The notes beneath the pieces were generated by a model, which saw only the letters and a list, made by a program, of their open reading frames with translations, was not told the origin of the DNA and did not search any database. From a virus (lineage: Duplodnaviria; Caudoviricetes), in the IMG/VR virus record IMGVR_UViG_3300044630_000280, positions 2,131 through 66,130 of that record: a stretch of DNA of 64,000 bases, one strand, 5' to 3'. A program made the translations under genes and the position numbers. This document shows positions 20,044 to 31,837 of this stretch, in pieces. Within the stretch, counting starts at the first letter, position 1. Every line of letters starts with the position of its first letter.

Positions 20044-21873
20044 TTATTTAGGTAAGTGTTTAGTTGCTTTCGAGTTAACTGCGACTTTGCCTTTGCCAAT
20101 ACTTTTCTTACGATCAGCTTGGACACGTTCCATCATTTGGTAGAGCTTTCTTGCACCGGCCTCTGTAGATCCATTTCCCAACTCTGATACGATACGTGCA
20201 GGCACCACGAACTCACCATCAGCAAGACGAGCGGGCTGACGATTACCAATAGTAGCAGGGATAGAATCACTAACGCCATCACCGGGACCTTTCAATAAAC
20301 GACCACCATCGGAATAACCACCTAAGCCATACATGATACCGCCGTTTGCGGCGTAGGTTGGATATTTATCAAAATATTCTTCAATCCAAGGCGGTAATTC
20401 AGCACGACCCATACCACCAATACCAGCTATACCAAAAGTTTCAAGTCGTTTAATCATTTCTGGACTAACAGTATTTGAAGAACCGCCTTTTGAAGAACCG
20501 CCTTTTGCATAGCCTACAGCACCGCCATTAGCAGCTGCATGGAATACATTTGAGTCAGTAACGTTGGACTTAGGTAAGTCAACAGGTTTAATACCAACAC
20601 GCTTACCAATCTTTTTTAACGAAGTTAGCGAAGCATTCAGGGGGTCTTTGAGGCGTGTATCTACATCCGCATCTGTATTAATACTCTTAGCACTTTCTCT
20701 TTTAGCGTATGCATCTAGATACTCTTCGTCAGCCCTTTGTTGTTCTGCGGAACGAATACCCATCATCTGTGCATATCTCTTTGACGCATCCGAACTTACC
20801 GTTGTACCGCCTTTAGCATATCTCTGTTCGCCACTATAAGGATCAACAGGAGTGTCAATACCAGCGTTAATTACGTTGTTTTGTATTGGGCGCTGTGCCA
20901 TAGGGTTGCTATACATAGCAGTCTGTAACTGAGACTGTGGGTACATCTGGTTTGAACTCAGTGCATTTTGTGCAGACATCTGTTCAACTGCACCACCTAT
21001 ACCATAAGTTATACCGCCTTCAGCGTAAGGAGTTGGTTGGTAAATTGGGTTGTACTCAATAGTGCTAGGTTCACTAGCTTGAAACTGCGACATATTACTA
21101 CGTGCGTATTGTTTCTTTGGTGGGCCGCCAGAGCTTGGTTTAGGGGCAAGTAACGTACCTACTGCCTGCATACCAAGCGTAGTTGCTAATGGGTTGTCTT
21201 TAGCAAACTTCATCGCAGACTCAAACCCTTTTTGTAACCCGGTTGATGCAGCTTCTGACCCCGCATGTGCAATATCTACGCCGGGCATTTCAGCATAGTC
21301 CACCCCTTTTAATAAATTTGCGTTAGGGTCGATTGGGTTGCCGGGGGTGCCGAGAGTCGGTGTGGCAGGGGGAGGGGTACCGGGTGATATGCCCATAGGA
21401 GGAGCGCTGGAAGGTGCCGTATATGCACTAGTAGCCTCTGGTACTGCAGGGGGGAGGGCGGAGGGAGTGCCGGTGGATATACCCATAGGAGGAGCACTGG
21501 AAGGTGCCGCATACGAACTAGTTAACTGCCCTGCGCTGTTCGTAATCCCCGGGTTAACTGCTTGCTTAGCGACTTCTACACCTGCGCTTTTAGCAGCTTC
21601 TACACCAGCTTGTTGCGCCCCAGCTTGAATAATTCCTTGTTTACTTGCCTCTAATGCAGCTGTAGTACCGAGATTAGCAACAGTAGGAGCAGCGGCAGCA
21701 GTAGCAGCAGTGGTAGCAGCAGTGGTAGCAGCAGGGGCAGCCATAAGCAAGGGGGCGGCAGCACTAGTAACAACAGGAGCGGCGGCGGCAGTAGTAGCGG
21801 CAAGGGCAGGGGCGGCAGCGGCGGCGGCGGCGGCTTTAGCACCGGCAGCACCAATAATAGCAATTAACGGCAT
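20044..21873 (-). CDS. Ala/Pro-rich virion protein with repeated YAxGG motifs
   Basis: Poly-Ala N-terminus; C-terminal GPGDGVSDSIPA..ARLADGEFVVPA motif. Confidence 0.7.
   Translation of the reverse strand: MPLIAIIGAAGAKAAAAAAAAPALAATTAAAAPVVTSAAAPLLMAAPAATTAATTAATAAAAPTVANLGTTAALEASKQGIIQAGAQQAGVEAAKSAGVEVAKQAVNPGITNSAGQLTSSYAAPSSAPPMGISTGTPSALPPAVPEATSAYTAPSSAPPMGISPGTPPPATPTLGTPGNPIDPNANLLKGVDYAEMPGVDIAHAGSEAASTGLQKGFESAMKFAKDNPLATTLGMQAVGTLLAPKPSSGGPPKKQYARSNMSQFQASEPSTIEYNPIYQPTPYAEGGITYGIGGAVEQMSAQNALSSNQMYPQSQLQTAMYSNPMAQRPIQNNVINAGIDTPVDPYSGEQRYAKGGTTVSSDASKRYAQMMGIRSAEQQRADEEYLDAYAKRESAKSINTDADVDTRLKDPLNASLTSLKKIGKRVGIKPVDLPKSNVTDSNVFHAAANGGAVGYAKGGSSKGGSSNTVSPEMIKRLETFGIAGIGGMGRAELPPWIEEYFDKYPTYAANGGIMYGLGGYSDGGRLLKGPGDGVSDSIPATIGNRQPARLADGEFVVPARIVSELGNGSTEAGARKLYQMMERVQADRKKSIGKGKVAVNSKATKHLPK
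21388..21515. repeat. Imperfect internal direct repeat encoding APSSAPPMGIS twice
   Basis: cccataggaggagc(g/a)ctggaaggtgccg at ~21392 and ~21482. Confidence 0.75.
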
Positions 21874-22199
21874 CAGATCACCTCGTCAAGGACTTTGGGG
21901 GACTGCATCTCGGTACCCCGTAAATTATGTAAACAACATAGCACCACATCATCAGTCAAAGATACAAATACGTGCTTCTTCCCCGCCGGTACAGTCAGCA
22001 GGGCTGGGGCTACATGCCTAGAAACTTCGGCACCATCTTCCCAATATGAAACTTCACCACGTGCTACTAGAGTAATATGGTCATGCTCGTGTACATGCTG
22101 CACTGCTACAGAATGTTTGTTGTCGATAGTATAAGCTCGGACCCAAATATCATCTGCTTCGGCGAACTCAACATAGTCAGGATTTGTATTTATATGCAT
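21873..22199 (-). CDS. Cupin-fold protein
   Basis: HVHEHDHITLVARG and VPAGKKH cupin motifs; ATG 22199 is the likely start. Confidence 0.75.
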   Translation of the reverse strand: MHINTNPDYVEFAEADDIWVRAYTIDNKHSVAVQHVHEHDHITLVARGEVSYWEDGAEVSRHVAPALLTVPAGKKHVFVSLTDDVVLCCLHNLRGTEMQSPKVLDEVI

Positions 22200-22218
22200 A
22201 TTTGTCAATGATATCAGT

Positions 22219-22899
22219 TTATAGCGCGGAAACAAAGGTCATTGTGGCAACTACCGAGGCTGTTGCAGGAGTTACAACCGGGGTTGTAGTGGCAGGGAAA
22301 GTTGTTATACTAATCAGGTCGCTCTCTGTTGCCCACCATAACTCAACAAACTCATTAGCGCCTAAAGAAACAAAATAGTTCCAGCCATATATCTGATGCG
22401 CCTCATCTCCTGCCGAAGCGCTTTTACGTGCAGGTAGAGAAATAACACCCTTAGACCCCGGAATATCTATCCCTGCGCCGGGGCCATCTTGTCGTAACCA
22501 TATACTTACATCATGGATTGCGTTGTCTGTATTTTTAAATTGCGCAGACCATTGTAGATTGTAAAGCCCTGCCTTTTCAACAGTAATCCTAGACCCACTT
22601 ACTATAGATACACCACTGGCAAAATCGACAGTATCAAACGTCATAACCGTAGCGGTATCAGCTGTTGTAGTTTGTATGGTTAAATCTTGAAAAGCACCGT
22701 ACGGAGCGTAAAATTTACTACCCCCTGTAGACAAACTTAACTGCGCTGCAAGGTTATCAATGGTATTAAAGTATTGACGTAGTATGTTGTTTAGTGAGTC
22801 TAAGTACGCACGGTCATATGCAACCGGCGCAAGTGGTAGCGCTGGGGTTTTAGTTTTAGTTAACTCAACTGAGTCTGTAACAACAATACTCGTGGTCAT
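22219..22899 (-). CDS. Tail-associated structural protein
   Basis: Coupled to the 780-aa tail gene; C-terminal beta-rich domain ([11 protein letters not shown]). Confidence 0.6.
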   Translation of the reverse strand: MTTSIVVTDSVELTKTKTPALPLAPVAYDRAYLDSLNNILRQYFNTIDNLAAQLSLSTGGSKFYAPYGAFQDLTIQTTTADTATVMTFDTVDFASGVSIVSGSRITVEKAGLYNLQWSAQFKNTDNAIHDVSIWLRQDGPGAGIDIPGSKGVISLPARKSASAGDEAHQIYGWNYFVSLGANEFVELWWATESDLISITTFPATTTPVVTPATASVVATMTFVSAL

Positions 22900-25238
22900 C
22901 GTCTACCATCCGGTTTAACATCCATACGAGGTGTGCCTAACTGCCACTGTGTACCAACGGTGTTTGATTCAACTCTTAATGCCATCTGTCTACCACGCAC
23001 TCGAGTATAAATAATCTCAGTAAATTCTTGTACGTTATGTGTACGCACGTTGGAATAGTTTTGCGCTGTGGATACTGTAGGTGAAGTTGTAGGTCCATAA
23101 GGCGAGCCGGGATTTTGCTTAGGGCGCAACGTAAATTGAACCTGTGGGGTATCCGCTGTGTTACTTGTGTTAGACCCATCAAATGTAATGTCAGGCAGCA
23201 TTCTCCATACGAACCCATAGTTATGCCCATCACCAATATCAAAGTCCGAAGACTGGACATAAGCATTAATAGCACTTGGCGGGTTTGTTAGACCATCGTC
23301 AACAGCAGCTTCATGGAACACGATCTGATCTGTCAATGTTGCAGCTTGTGGGAACTGACGTAGTGGGCTATCTAACCAAGCAGTGCGTGACATAGTGCCG
23401 TAGTACCATACACGATCAAGGTAGTTAAATATGACATACTTATCAATCACATCTGAGTTAGCTGAGCAATAGAAGAACCATACTTCACTATACCCCTCGT
23501 TAGTGCCAGCAAAGAACTGACTAAGCTGGTTACGGTTAATGTCATCAAACACGTAAGAACGAAGTGCGCAAGGTAATGTTTCTACACGACCAGAGTATGC
23601 ATAGAATTTATCTGTACCCATCCAGTAAGTAACACCAGCCGCAGTAGCCGCAGCATTAGGAGAAGCAATAGAAATATTATCAGCTAGTAGGGTAAAGCCC
23701 CACACATTAGGTGGTCCAAGATACTGCATACCATACACAGCAGTGTCAGTCCAAACAAGAATTTCTTGACGAGTCTGTAATGCACTAACAATCTGGGAGC
23801 CATGTGAAAGTCTGTAAAAACCTGCTTGGCTTGTACCATCAGTTCTAAATGTCCAATCTGTATAACTCTCTGTGCCTGTCCAACGGATAAGCATTGGGTC
23901 CATAGTAGCCTGACCGTAGTCGTTACAGCCGAATGCAATAGTAATGCGGGATGAGTCAGAAACTAAGATTTGATTAATAACAACTGGAGCATCGGATGTA
24001 CCTGCAATTGCCACACCTGAGGCTGACGCTGTAGCCGCTATGCTTAATATATAAGTACCCGTTCTTCCGGTACCTGTACCAAATGCAGCAATCGTTGCGC
24101 CTGCTGGAATACCAGCACCAGCTATCTCCATACCAACATGTATAGCACCTTCGTACACATCTGTAACAGTGATGGTTGTAAGTGTGTTGGTAGTTGTAGC
24201 TAAGCCAGAGAAGACACCTACTGCATGTGATGGGTTGTTTGTACTAAAGTCAGGGAATAACTCAGGACCCGGTGCCCAATGGTATAGAGTGCCACCTCGT
24301 GGGCAGAACAACAAGTCTTGACCAAAGTTACTCTGGCTCCACAAACGAAGCTTAGTATTAACTGATGTAGATATTGACTGACCCCAACCAGCATAACTTG
24401 AAGCATCTTGTACGTTGATGTTGTTTGCATGCGCTACAGCAATAGTGCCATTAGTTCCACGTACGCAGCCAGTGAAGGTAAGTGAAGTTATACCTGAGTA
24501 AGTTATAAGCTCTTGTTCAATTAATATTATTCCAGATGTAGGGAACCCAGTAGTAGACTGCACTGTTATAGTAGTAGCCGAATTATTTATGCCACCAATT
24601 ACATTAATCTTAGTTGTCTCAACGTTTGTAGCCACACCACCCCATAGACCAGCGCCCCAGCCTGTTTGTGTAGAGCCTACGTCTGACGCAGTATTTAATT
24701 GATACGCTGCTTGTACTGTACCACCCCCAGTAGCGCTTGAGGTAGCCGCAGTATCCACTACGATTGAGTACGTATTTGAATCTATATAGGTTACTCGATG
24801 TTCACGATTAAACTCAGCGGCAGGTATACCAGCAAACCCCGTAGCGCCAGAGAAAGTAACAAAGTCACCTGTGATAGCACCGTGGTTAGCATCGGCTACA
24901 GTAACAACTACAGAACTATTGGTTGTAGTAAATGGGTTGGTAAGCGTAGCAAATTGGCGTATAGGGGTTACATCGTTAAACTCACCACCTAGTTCAATAT
25001 AAAACTTTGATGATGTGCCGACACCTAGCATGTTGTAGCCAGCTAGGGTTACCCAATTCCATAACGAACGTGCAGTGCCTAAGTAAGTAGTATCAGATAA
25101 AAGTCTCCACCCACCTATCTTTTCAGGATAGCCAGAACGAAACCTTATCTTGTCACAGTCATACCAGCCACCCTCGTTAGAGAGCGTAGTGCCCTCACGG
25201 TTAACCCCGGGGCGAAACTGAAGTTTTTGTAGGGGCAT
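22896..25238 (-). CDS. Tail nozzle/stabilisation protein (tail tubular B-like)
   Basis: 780 aa, beta-rich propeller-like sequence; position upstream of ejection genes as in podoviruses. Confidence 0.7.
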   Translation of the reverse strand: MPLQKLQFRPGVNREGTTLSNEGGWYDCDKIRFRSGYPEKIGGWRLLSDTTYLGTARSLWNWVTLAGYNMLGVGTSSKFYIELGGEFNDVTPIRQFATLTNPFTTTNSSVVVTVADANHGAITGDFVTFSGATGFAGIPAAEFNREHRVTYIDSNTYSIVVDTAATSSATGGGTVQAAYQLNTASDVGSTQTGWGAGLWGGVATNVETTKINVIGGINNSATTITVQSTTGFPTSGIILIEQELITYSGITSLTFTGCVRGTNGTIAVAHANNINVQDASSYAGWGQSISTSVNTKLRLWSQSNFGQDLLFCPRGGTLYHWAPGPELFPDFSTNNPSHAVGVFSGLATTTNTLTTITVTDVYEGAIHVGMEIAGAGIPAGATIAAFGTGTGRTGTYILSIAATASASGVAIAGTSDAPVVINQILVSDSSRITIAFGCNDYGQATMDPMLIRWTGTESYTDWTFRTDGTSQAGFYRLSHGSQIVSALQTRQEILVWTDTAVYGMQYLGPPNVWGFTLLADNISIASPNAAATAAGVTYWMGTDKFYAYSGRVETLPCALRSYVFDDINRNQLSQFFAGTNEGYSEVWFFYCSANSDVIDKYVIFNYLDRVWYYGTMSRTAWLDSPLRQFPQAATLTDQIVFHEAAVDDGLTNPPSAINAYVQSSDFDIGDGHNYGFVWRMLPDITFDGSNTSNTADTPQVQFTLRPKQNPGSPYGPTTSPTVSTAQNYSNVRTHNVQEFTEIIYTRVRGRQMALRVESNTVGTQWQLGTPRMDVKPDGRR

Positions 25239-25246
25239 CGTGCACC

Positions 25247-25909
25247 TTAGTATTCAAATATTACAACGCCAGCAGCGCCAGCAGAACCCCCAGTACCACC
25301 ACCGCCGCCGCCATATGCTCTACCTACAGAACCAGAGGCACCGCCCCCACCCAAAAATGAGCTACCACCACTACCACCAGCAGTACCAGAGTTATAGTTA
25401 CCTGAGCCTGCATTACCACCTATATTTAAATCCCCACCTGAACCCACGCCACCAGAAGCGTTTGAACTACCTTGGGTACCGCCTGCACCTCCAGTAGCTT
25501 GGATAGTCGTGATAGTTTGGGAGCCAGAAGCAACACTTGTAGTACCACCTGCAGCACCTGCTGTTGCACCACCTGCCCCAATAGTTACAGCTAAGGTAGC
25601 ACCGGGAGTCAAACCTGTAAGTACTTTAATAGCTGTACCACCACCGCCACCACCTGAACCAGCAGTGCTCGTACTATTACCACCTGCGCCACCGCCACCA
25701 ACTACAGTGACACGCATCTTAGTAATACCCGCTGGGATAGTAAAAGTAGAAGTTGTTGTAACTACAGACATCGAAGGTATTGGGCTAACACCAGAACCTG
25801 TTACTGATATGTTACCTAGTACGTATAAATTACCTGTAACTGTCTCATCGCCATTAACTGTTTCACCGGGTGTAATAATGCCGGTAGTCCCGCTTAAAGA
25901 TATAGTCAT
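25247..25909 (-). CDS. Glycine-rich tail fibre/adhesin
   Basis: TFTIPAG...[11 protein letters not shown]...GVVIFEY. Confidence 0.7.
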   Translation of the reverse strand: MTISLSGTTGIITPGETVNGDETVTGNLYVLGNISVTGSGVSPIPSMSVVTTTSTFTIPAGITKMRVTVVGGGGAGGNSTSTAGSGGGGGGTAIKVLTGLTPGATLAVTIGAGGATAGAAGGTTSVASGSQTITTIQATGGAGGTQGSSNASGGVGSGGDLNIGGNAGSGNYNSGTAGGSGGSSFLGGGGASGSVGRAYGGGGGGTGGSAGAAGVVIFEY

Positions 25910-25918
25910 AGTTGTTCC

Positions 25919-26650
25919 TTAGTATTTGATGCAGACCATTAAGGCGGCGTTAACTGGACGTGACTCTGTGCCAGAACCTGCAGCTTGTGTGCTAGTAGCA
26001 AAGGGTTGTTGCCCATTAGGCCAAGTAAAAGGTCCATCACACCAAGCGTTGTAACCATAACCACCACCGGTAAACGTATACACGGCATAGGCACCATGAG
26101 AGTGAGCAGGGTAAGCATCAATCTGATTAGACCCAATAGCACGACCTGAGTCTGGCACTGTACAAGTTATATTTGTAGCTGCAACTAACTGGCTAGCACT
26201 TACTGTATATACACCCACACCACCTGTAGTGCCACTAACTTGCGCAATAATTCTTGTACCTGCGGTTACACCTGTACCAGATAAAGTTTGACCTAACACA
26301 ATACGTCCTGATACAACTGCGCTAACTGTAAGAACAGTACCTGCTGCGGGGGTTGGAGTAGCTGCGTTATTAATTGTGGCTGTAACTATGGCACCTGTTG
26401 GACTAGCACTTGACCAACTACGTAAGAACTGCCCACGGAAGTCTGGTAAGTTAAATGTTGTTGACCCGTTACCAGCGCCATATACAGTGCCTATAGCTGC
26501 GAATAACTCAGCGTAGTTTGTTCTAGATATCGCTGCGCCGTTGCATTGGAACCAACCTTGTGGCGCTGTTGCATTAGCAAAGTACATAACCATACCGGCA
26601 GGTAGTGTGCCAATAATTGATCCTGTTGATCCGTTGACGACTAATGACAT
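25919..26650 (-). CDS. Phage tail-collar domain protein
   Basis: PAGMVMYFA...[43 protein letters not shown]; ends [13 protein letters not shown]. Confidence 0.88.
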   Translation of the reverse strand: MSLVVNGSTGSIIGTLPAGMVMYFANATAPQGWFQCNGAAISRTNYAELFAAIGTVYGAGNGSTTFNLPDFRGQFLRSWSSASPTGAIVTATINNAATPTPAAGTVLTVSAVVSGRIVLGQTLSGTGVTAGTRIIAQVSGTTGGVGVYTVSASQLVAATNITCTVPDSGRAIGSNQIDAYPAHSHGAYAVYTFTGGGYGYNAWCDGPFTWPNGQQPFATSTQAAGSGTESRPVNAALMVCIKY

Positions 26651-26659
26651 GTTTATTCC

Positions 26660-27271
26660 TTAAGGCTTAAATTCAATCAAAGTTAGGTATGATACAGAAC
26701 TTGAATACTGCACAGCTAAAGGAGCAGAAGCGCCATTTGTTCTTGCATATACTGTATAGGTGACAGCAGATGTTGTGTTTGGGGAATCTAAGTAAATACC
26801 AGATGCAGGTCCCGCTGCAGAAGTATTTGTATTAACAGTGCTAGGTGCGTAAAACCAATTTGAGGTTACTTGAGTCGCGTCTCTATATAAAGAAAATACG
26901 GCTGTTTGGTAATAAGTACCTTGGTTAACATATACATAACCAAAGTTAGCAAGCACTAGTATTTTACTTGTGGTGGACGAAGGTGTTATTGTTCCAGTTA
27001 AAGTAGTAGAAGTCCCTGCTATAGCTGTATTAGTTATAGTCACTGGGGTACTAGTCGTTGTCTGCAAAATCTGCCTAACCCCACTCACACCACCTGTAAC
27101 CGCGCCTAGTACATTTACATTACCAGCAAACGTAACATTCTGTGCAGTGTCAATAGTCATAGCTGTAACACCACCAGCAGTTAGACCTGTCCTAATTTGT
27201 AATTCACCACTCTGGTCAGGGGTTGTTGTAAACCCAGCTGATGTACTACCTACTTTAATAATATTTGCCAT
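26660..27271 (-). CDS. Tail fibre-type protein
   Basis: TITPSSTTSKILV...YLDSPNTTSAVTY; N-terminus shared with 35450-36370. Confidence 0.7.
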   Translation of the reverse strand: MANIIKVGSTSAGFTTTPDQSGELQIRTGLTAGGVTAMTIDTAQNVTFAGNVNVLGAVTGGVSGVRQILQTTTSTPVTITNTAIAGTSTTLTGTITPSSTTSKILVLANFGYVYVNQGTYYQTAVFSLYRDATQVTSNWFYAPSTVNTNTSAAGPASGIYLDSPNTTSAVTYTVYARTNGASAPLAVQYSSSVSYLTLIEFKP

Positions 27272-27274
27272 GTC

Positions 27275-28495
27275 TTATCCTAGAATGACCCAGTTAGATG
27301 TGGTCGGTATAGTTACTACAACATCCGATGCTATCGCCGTACTTCCTACGTTTTGTTGGATGTTAACTAAGTAAGTGCCTGTATTACCACTACCTGTACC
27401 AAAAGCTGTAATAGTCGTGCCTACAGAAATGCCAGTTCCCGTAATAACTGCGCCAATATACAAATTGCCCGAAGTCACAGCGGTTACAGTTAACGTAGTC
27501 TCATTAGTCAAACCATTGTATGCAATTGAACCTGTACCACTAAATGAAGTGATAGTTACTGGGCCTGTAGTCATGGCGTTTTTGTTTGCACCAATCGTGT
27601 AGCTTGCAGTTATGTTCTGGTCGTTTTCATAGAATACTTGGTTAGCACCGCCACCTGTTGCGCCACCACCGATAGTGCTCCATGTAGAAGCATTGATGTC
27701 ATAACCTTCGTAGCGTGACAATGTGGTGTTGTAGCGGATACCTGAACCAGAGCGTTGCGCTGTTGTACCTACTGGAGTACCTAAACTGCCTGTACCATCA
27801 AAAGAACCATTACCACCAAACGTAGCATCTCCACCGACTGACAACGTGCCTTGAACTGACAGACCGCCTGATACATTATTTAACGACTCAAATATACTTA
27901 CGCCAGTGGAGAAGAACGTCATCGTCTTGCCAGCTGGGATGCGCAGTGAAGCGCTCATAGTTGTTGGAGATGATACTGTCTGGCTTATACTTACTATGTA
28001 TACACCTGCAGCACCTGTCGTACCTGATACTTGACCAATGATTCTTGTACCTGCAGTTACACCTGTACCAGCTATATTCATACCATTCGACAGCAAAACT
28101 CCTGAAGATACAGAAGCTACCGTCATTGTTGTACCAGCTATGGTTGCACTAAACGTTTGTGCAGCTACTGTTGTATTTGGTGAACTTGCTGTGGCTATGT
28201 ACGCATCGTAGTTACACGCATTGAATATTGTGTAGGTCTTAGTATATGGTGGGATATATAAAGTAAATGCAGAAGGAGCGCCAACAAGTCGAATATTAGC
28301 GAACCGGAATTCAGCACTAGCCCCATCAACAACCGCAAGGTAGTCAGTAGCAGTAGATATTGTTTTTGATGTAAAACCAACGATGGCTTGCTCTAACAGC
28401 GTACCTAAGTTAGTATTGGTAGTGTTGCCCCATACGCCCGCCTGTTCACCAGTGCCGATTAATGTAATACGTAGGTTGTTTGAAGTAGTTGCCAT
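27275..28495 (-). CDS. Tail fibre protein
   Basis: [16 protein letters not shown]-terminus; [20 protein letters not shown]; [14 protein letters not shown]. Confidence 0.7.
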   Translation of the reverse strand: MATTSNNLRITLIGTGEQAGVWGNTTNTNLGTLLEQAIVGFTSKTISTATDYLAVVDGASAEFRFANIRLVGAPSAFTLYIPPYTKTYTIFNACNYDAYIATASSPNTTVAAQTFSATIAGTTMTVASVSSGVLLSNGMNIAGTGVTAGTRIIGQVSGTTGAAGVYIVSISQTVSSPTTMSASLRIPAGKTMTFFSTGVSIFESLNNVSGGLSVQGTLSVGGDATFGGNGSFDGTGSLGTPVGTTAQRSGSGIRYNTTLSRYEGYDINASTWSTIGGGATGGGANQVFYENDQNITASYTIGANKNAMTTGPVTITSFSGTGSIAYNGLTNETTLTVTAVTSGNLYIGAVITGTGISVGTTITAFGTGSGNTGTYLVNIQQNVGSTAIASDVVVTIPTTSNWVILG

Positions 28496-28497
28496 GA

Positions 28498-28944
28498 TTA
28501 ATCCTTAGCACTTGAGAACGGTCTTGTCCCAGCTTTGTCGATAATCAGCGCCATTTTACGGGGCTTTTCATCTTTTGTATTCGGTATACTAACATGCGTC
28601 CAGCTATCAAATTCACGTATAACTTGGTCGTAGGGTAACTTAGCGTTAATTATCGCTTTGACAACTTGGTCAGGAGTCATTCCTTTTACTCTGATGTCTG
28701 CTGCCACCCCACGGCAATGCTGGCTTGTTGGTTTTCCACCAACTTTTTTGTTGGTTTCTACGCTACGATAGGCAGAATTTATACGTATCGGCATGCCTAT
28801 AGCAGCCCGAACTTCTTCGAGAAATAACGCCAAACGTCTGAGGTTCATTAATACCTCATTATCGGGGGTGTTGTCAATGCCATATCTAACTGCGGTCTCG
28901 CTTGCAGTCATTTCCTCTAGGGTAAAACTGGGAGATAAGTTCAT
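28498..28944 (-). CDS. Endolysin, peptidase M15 family
   Basis: [22 protein letters not shown] zinc-binding motifs. Confidence 0.88.
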   Translation of the reverse strand: MNLSPSFTLEEMTASETAVRYGIDNTPDNEVLMNLRRLALFLEEVRAAIGMPIRINSAYRSVETNKKVGGKPTSQHCRGVAADIRVKGMTPDQVVKAIINAKLPYDQVIREFDSWTHVSIPNTKDEKPRKMALIIDKAGTRPFSSAKD

Positions 28945-29441
28945 TTTTTAAGCGCCATTAGTTCTGACTTATCCTTGCTGCCTTGGGATGAGCCAAAGTA
29001 ATAAGAGAGAATCTGAGTCACAGCAGCAGACAGCACACCTAATATGTAGATCAAAATATCCTTAGCTTCAGGACGTACATCTACAAAGATCAGAATAGCA
29101 AACAAAACAAACGAGGCAAGCATCACAAATATAGCCAGTGCTGGGGTTATGACCTTGTTTATCAGAGGCACATTCTCGTTAGAAGCAATGTCAACCTCAC
29201 GCTGCCTAGCACTGCTACGGTCTTTGACTTCTTGCTCAAACATAAACTCTTCGTGCTTCATTGCTGCTTCTTTTAGTGACGCAAGTTTTTCGTCTGATAG
29301 TTTGCCATCAGGTCCGGGGGTTAGGGTTATACCTAACTTTTCTTCAACGACTGCAGTGCCTTTGTCTAATACAGCGTCAACGACTTTCTGCATGCCTGCG
29401 CCTGCAAGTTGGGATAGGATTGGTACGAGTAGTGGCAGCAT
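28941..29441 (-). CDS. Holin-like membrane protein
   Basis: Two C-terminal TM helices ending YYFGSSQGSKDK; adjacent to endolysin; ATG 29441. Confidence 0.75.
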   Translation of the reverse strand: MLPLLVPILSQLAGAGMQKVVDAVLDKGTAVVEEKLGITLTPGPDGKLSDEKLASLKEAAMKHEEFMFEQEVKDRSSARQREVDIASNENVPLINKVITPALAIFVMLASFVLFAILIFVDVRPEAKDILIYILGVLSAAVTQILSYYFGSSQGSKDKSELMALKK

Positions 29442-29442
29442 A

Positions 29443-29847
29443 TTATTTCCCCGATGTAAATTGTTCTTCGCCTTTACGAACCGTAACTTTGTCGCCATCT
29501 ATTTGGACGGACATAGGATCACGATCAGCCATACGATCAAGACGTTCAATCAACTGCTTCATTACTTCAAACTCAGGCTTCTCTTCTTTGGTGCTTGAAC
29601 CTGCAATGCTATTTAACATTGAGATCAACGCAGTGAGAGACGCACCTAACAGACCCATGACCGCGGCCATCTTGCCTTCATCCAACTGCAAACTAGCAAG
29701 CACACCAATGATGACAATAATCACAATTGCTGGAAGACCGTATGTACCAATAGCTTTACCCGCAACTTCTTTTGCAGGAGACGCAGCAGTAATTCTAGCT
29801 AGTTCGGTTTGTGCTTCTAACTTGATTTTTTGTAATTCGTTTTCCAT
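29443..29847 (-). CDS. Membrane protein (lysis cassette)
   Basis: Two hydrophobic segments. Confidence 0.65.
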   Translation of the reverse strand: MENELQKIKLEAQTELARITAASPAKEVAGKAIGTYGLPAIVIIVIIGVLASLQLDEGKMAAVMGLLGASLTALISMLNSIAGSSTKEEKPEFEVMKQLIERLDRMADRDPMSVQIDGDKVTVRKGEEQFTSGK

Positions 29848-29856
29848 GTTTTACTC

Positions 29857-30219
29857 CTATGTATTAATTAATTTATCTGTGTTGTTTGGCGCAACGTCGT
29901 AGGGGGAGTTAGCATCTCCATAAATATCCCCAACTTCCCCGTTTACATCACGTAGCGCAAAGACACAGTACCAAAGCGAATCATCTTCTAACGCTATGAA
30001 GTTATGTTCGTATTCTTTCTTAATCACTATGAACGTAGGTGCAGTAAATTCTTTAGGCGCAAACCCTTCAATCTCTACTCTTACCTTACCTCGCGCTAGC
30101 AAAGATACATGGTCAAAGTCATGTTTATGCCCGTTAAAAATTTCCCCTGCTTTGGGTATGTAGTTCATCTTTACCCATATATTTCCAAAGTACCCAAGTA
30201 TTGCGGTTTCAAAGCTCAT
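29857..30219 (-). CDS. Cupin-fold protein
   Basis: HKHDFDHVSLLARG and IKKEYEH motifs. Confidence 0.75.
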   Translation of the reverse strand: MSFETAILGYFGNIWVKMNYIPKAGEIFNGHKHDFDHVSLLARGKVRVEIEGFAPKEFTAPTFIVIKKEYEHNFIALEDDSLWYCVFALRDVNGEVGDIYGDANSPYDVAPNNTDKLINT

Positions 30220-30506
30220 GGCATGGTCTCCACCGGTGTTTTAGGAATACTGGTTAATGCGCTGCCTACTTGTGCTTTTGCTTTTTGTCTTAGAAGTTCT
30301 AAATTTACTATCTCTTCACCTTGTGGGTTACGCCAAGTTTGAGAACCGTCTTCGTTAATTTCCACCACAGAATAAGGTGCATTTTGCGTAAAGTTGTTTA
30401 ATATAGATATAGCCGTGTCTGCCAAAATGTCTGTACACACTTCTAGTGTTTCCGCAGTGGTATATTCACCTGTTAGAGGGTTAAAAATTTTATATATAGT
30501 AGCCAT
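30216..30506 (-). CDS. Hypothetical protein
   Basis: 96-aa ORF tightly packed in the operon. Confidence 0.65.
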   Translation of the reverse strand: MATIYKIFNPLTGEYTTAETLEVCTDILADTAISILNNFTQNAPYSVVEINEDGSQTWRNPQGEEIVNLELLRQKAKAQVGSALTSIPKTPVETMP

Positions 30507-30511
30507 AATTA

Positions 30512-31408
30512 TTAAGAGACTGCTCCGTAAGTTGTACCTGAACCCGATCTAGTCGCAGTAAATCCGTTAAGCGCAATAGCTTTACCGCCTGCACCCCCCG
30601 CACCACTATACGTACTGCTTCCACCTGCCGCGCCCCAACCACCACCGCTACCATTAGGGTATGCATTGATAGGGGCCTGTGTTCCGGGATTTCCAGCAGA
30701 ACCGCCGGGAGCACCGGGACCACCATTGTTATACACAAGTCCGCCCGAACAACCACCCCCTGCTCCCCCACCACCGCCACCAACTGCTTGGTAATCTGCA
30801 TTAGAGGGACCCGCCGCTCCGCCTACGCCCGGCATGATGCGACCGCCGCCACCAGCAGCCAAAGTTTGACCATCAGTACCAGCAGCTCCCGGCCCACCAC
30901 CTACGCCGGGGTTGTAACCCGCGCCGGAAACACCTCGTCCACCCGCACCGCCACCCGCGCCACCGCCACCTCCAGAAGCGTCACCATACGTTCCTCCGCC
31001 GCCACCGCCACCTATGTAGCTATTATTTATAATTGTGGTGTTAACACCAAGTGATATAGCAGGGCCACCTGCTCCGGGAACAAAAGAACCCCCATTAGCG
31101 TTTGCCCCTGCGCCCCCCATACCCATAATGAAGCCACTATTAACTACAGTTACGCCTCCGGGCCAAGAACCATCTACAGTCATACCAGCAGTTGCAGTTG
31201 CTGTGGAATAAACGTAAACCCCTGTCCCTACTGTAATAACTGCGGGGAGAGTGCCGTTCCATCCGTTAGCAAGTGCCCACGTACGAAGGTTTAAGTTTGT
31301 TTGGTTAGTAGAGATAGTTTGAGTAAACGCTGCTTGTGCAGTACCCCCTCTACCGTACACACCATACGCACGGGCAGCAGCTTCACCTGTTGTGGCTAGT
31401 AATGGCAT
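30512..31408 (-). CDS. Glycine-rich receptor-binding adhesin (T-even gp38-like)
   Basis: NSGFIMGMGGAG, IINNSYIGGGGGGG, GGGWGAAGG, GGAGGKAI. Confidence 0.7.
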   Translation of the reverse strand: MPLLATTGEAAARAYGVYGRGGTAQAAFTQTISTNQTNLNLRTWALANGWNGTLPAVITVGTGVYVYSTATATAGMTVDGSWPGGVTVVNSGFIMGMGGAGANANGGSFVPGAGGPAISLGVNTTIINNSYIGGGGGGGTYGDASGGGGGAGGGAGGRGVSGAGYNPGVGGGPGAAGTDGQTLAAGGGGRIMPGVGGAAGPSNADYQAVGGGGGGAGGGCSGGLVYNNGGPGAPGGSAGNPGTQAPINAYPNGSGGGWGAAGGSSTYSGAGGAGGKAIALNGFTATRSGSGTTYGAVS

Positions 31409-31836
31409 TATGCAAACTTAACTTGAGATGCTAGAACAGTGTATGTGTTACTAGCGGTTTTTAAAATTGAGTATGTATAAACATCAATACCATTAGTGTT
31501 ACCTGCACCGGGGGCTGTACCACCTTGCCATCTAGGAGTAACCGAAGTTCCATCAATAGTTAACGCAGTTGAATAAAAAGCAGTGCCGCCTTGTGTAGCC
31601 ATAAATACTATAGTGATAGCTGAGTTATTCGCCATCAAAGAGTTCAAAGTAGTAGTACCATCGCCACGTATATTTAATGTCCAGTTACCCGAAGCATTAG
31701 TTGTGTAGTATAAAATAGATTGAGTAAGTACGTTATAGTTTACGGTACCTGTAGCAGCGGTTGCACTTACTGTTAAGTTTTCATAGATTGCTGGGAACCC
31801 AAAGAGACCAGTTGACCCACTAATTAATATAGCCAT
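31408..31836 (-). CDS. Tail fibre-associated protein
   Basis: PRWQGGTAP..GN..GIDVYTY motif. Confidence 0.65.
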   Translation of the reverse strand: MAILISGSTGLFGFPAIYENLTVSATAATGTVNYNVLTQSILYYTTNASGNWTLNIRGDGTTTLNSLMANNSAITIVFMATQGGTAFYSTALTIDGTSVTPRWQGGTAPGAGNTNGIDVYTYSILKTASNTYTVLASQVKFA

Positions 31837-31837
31837 C

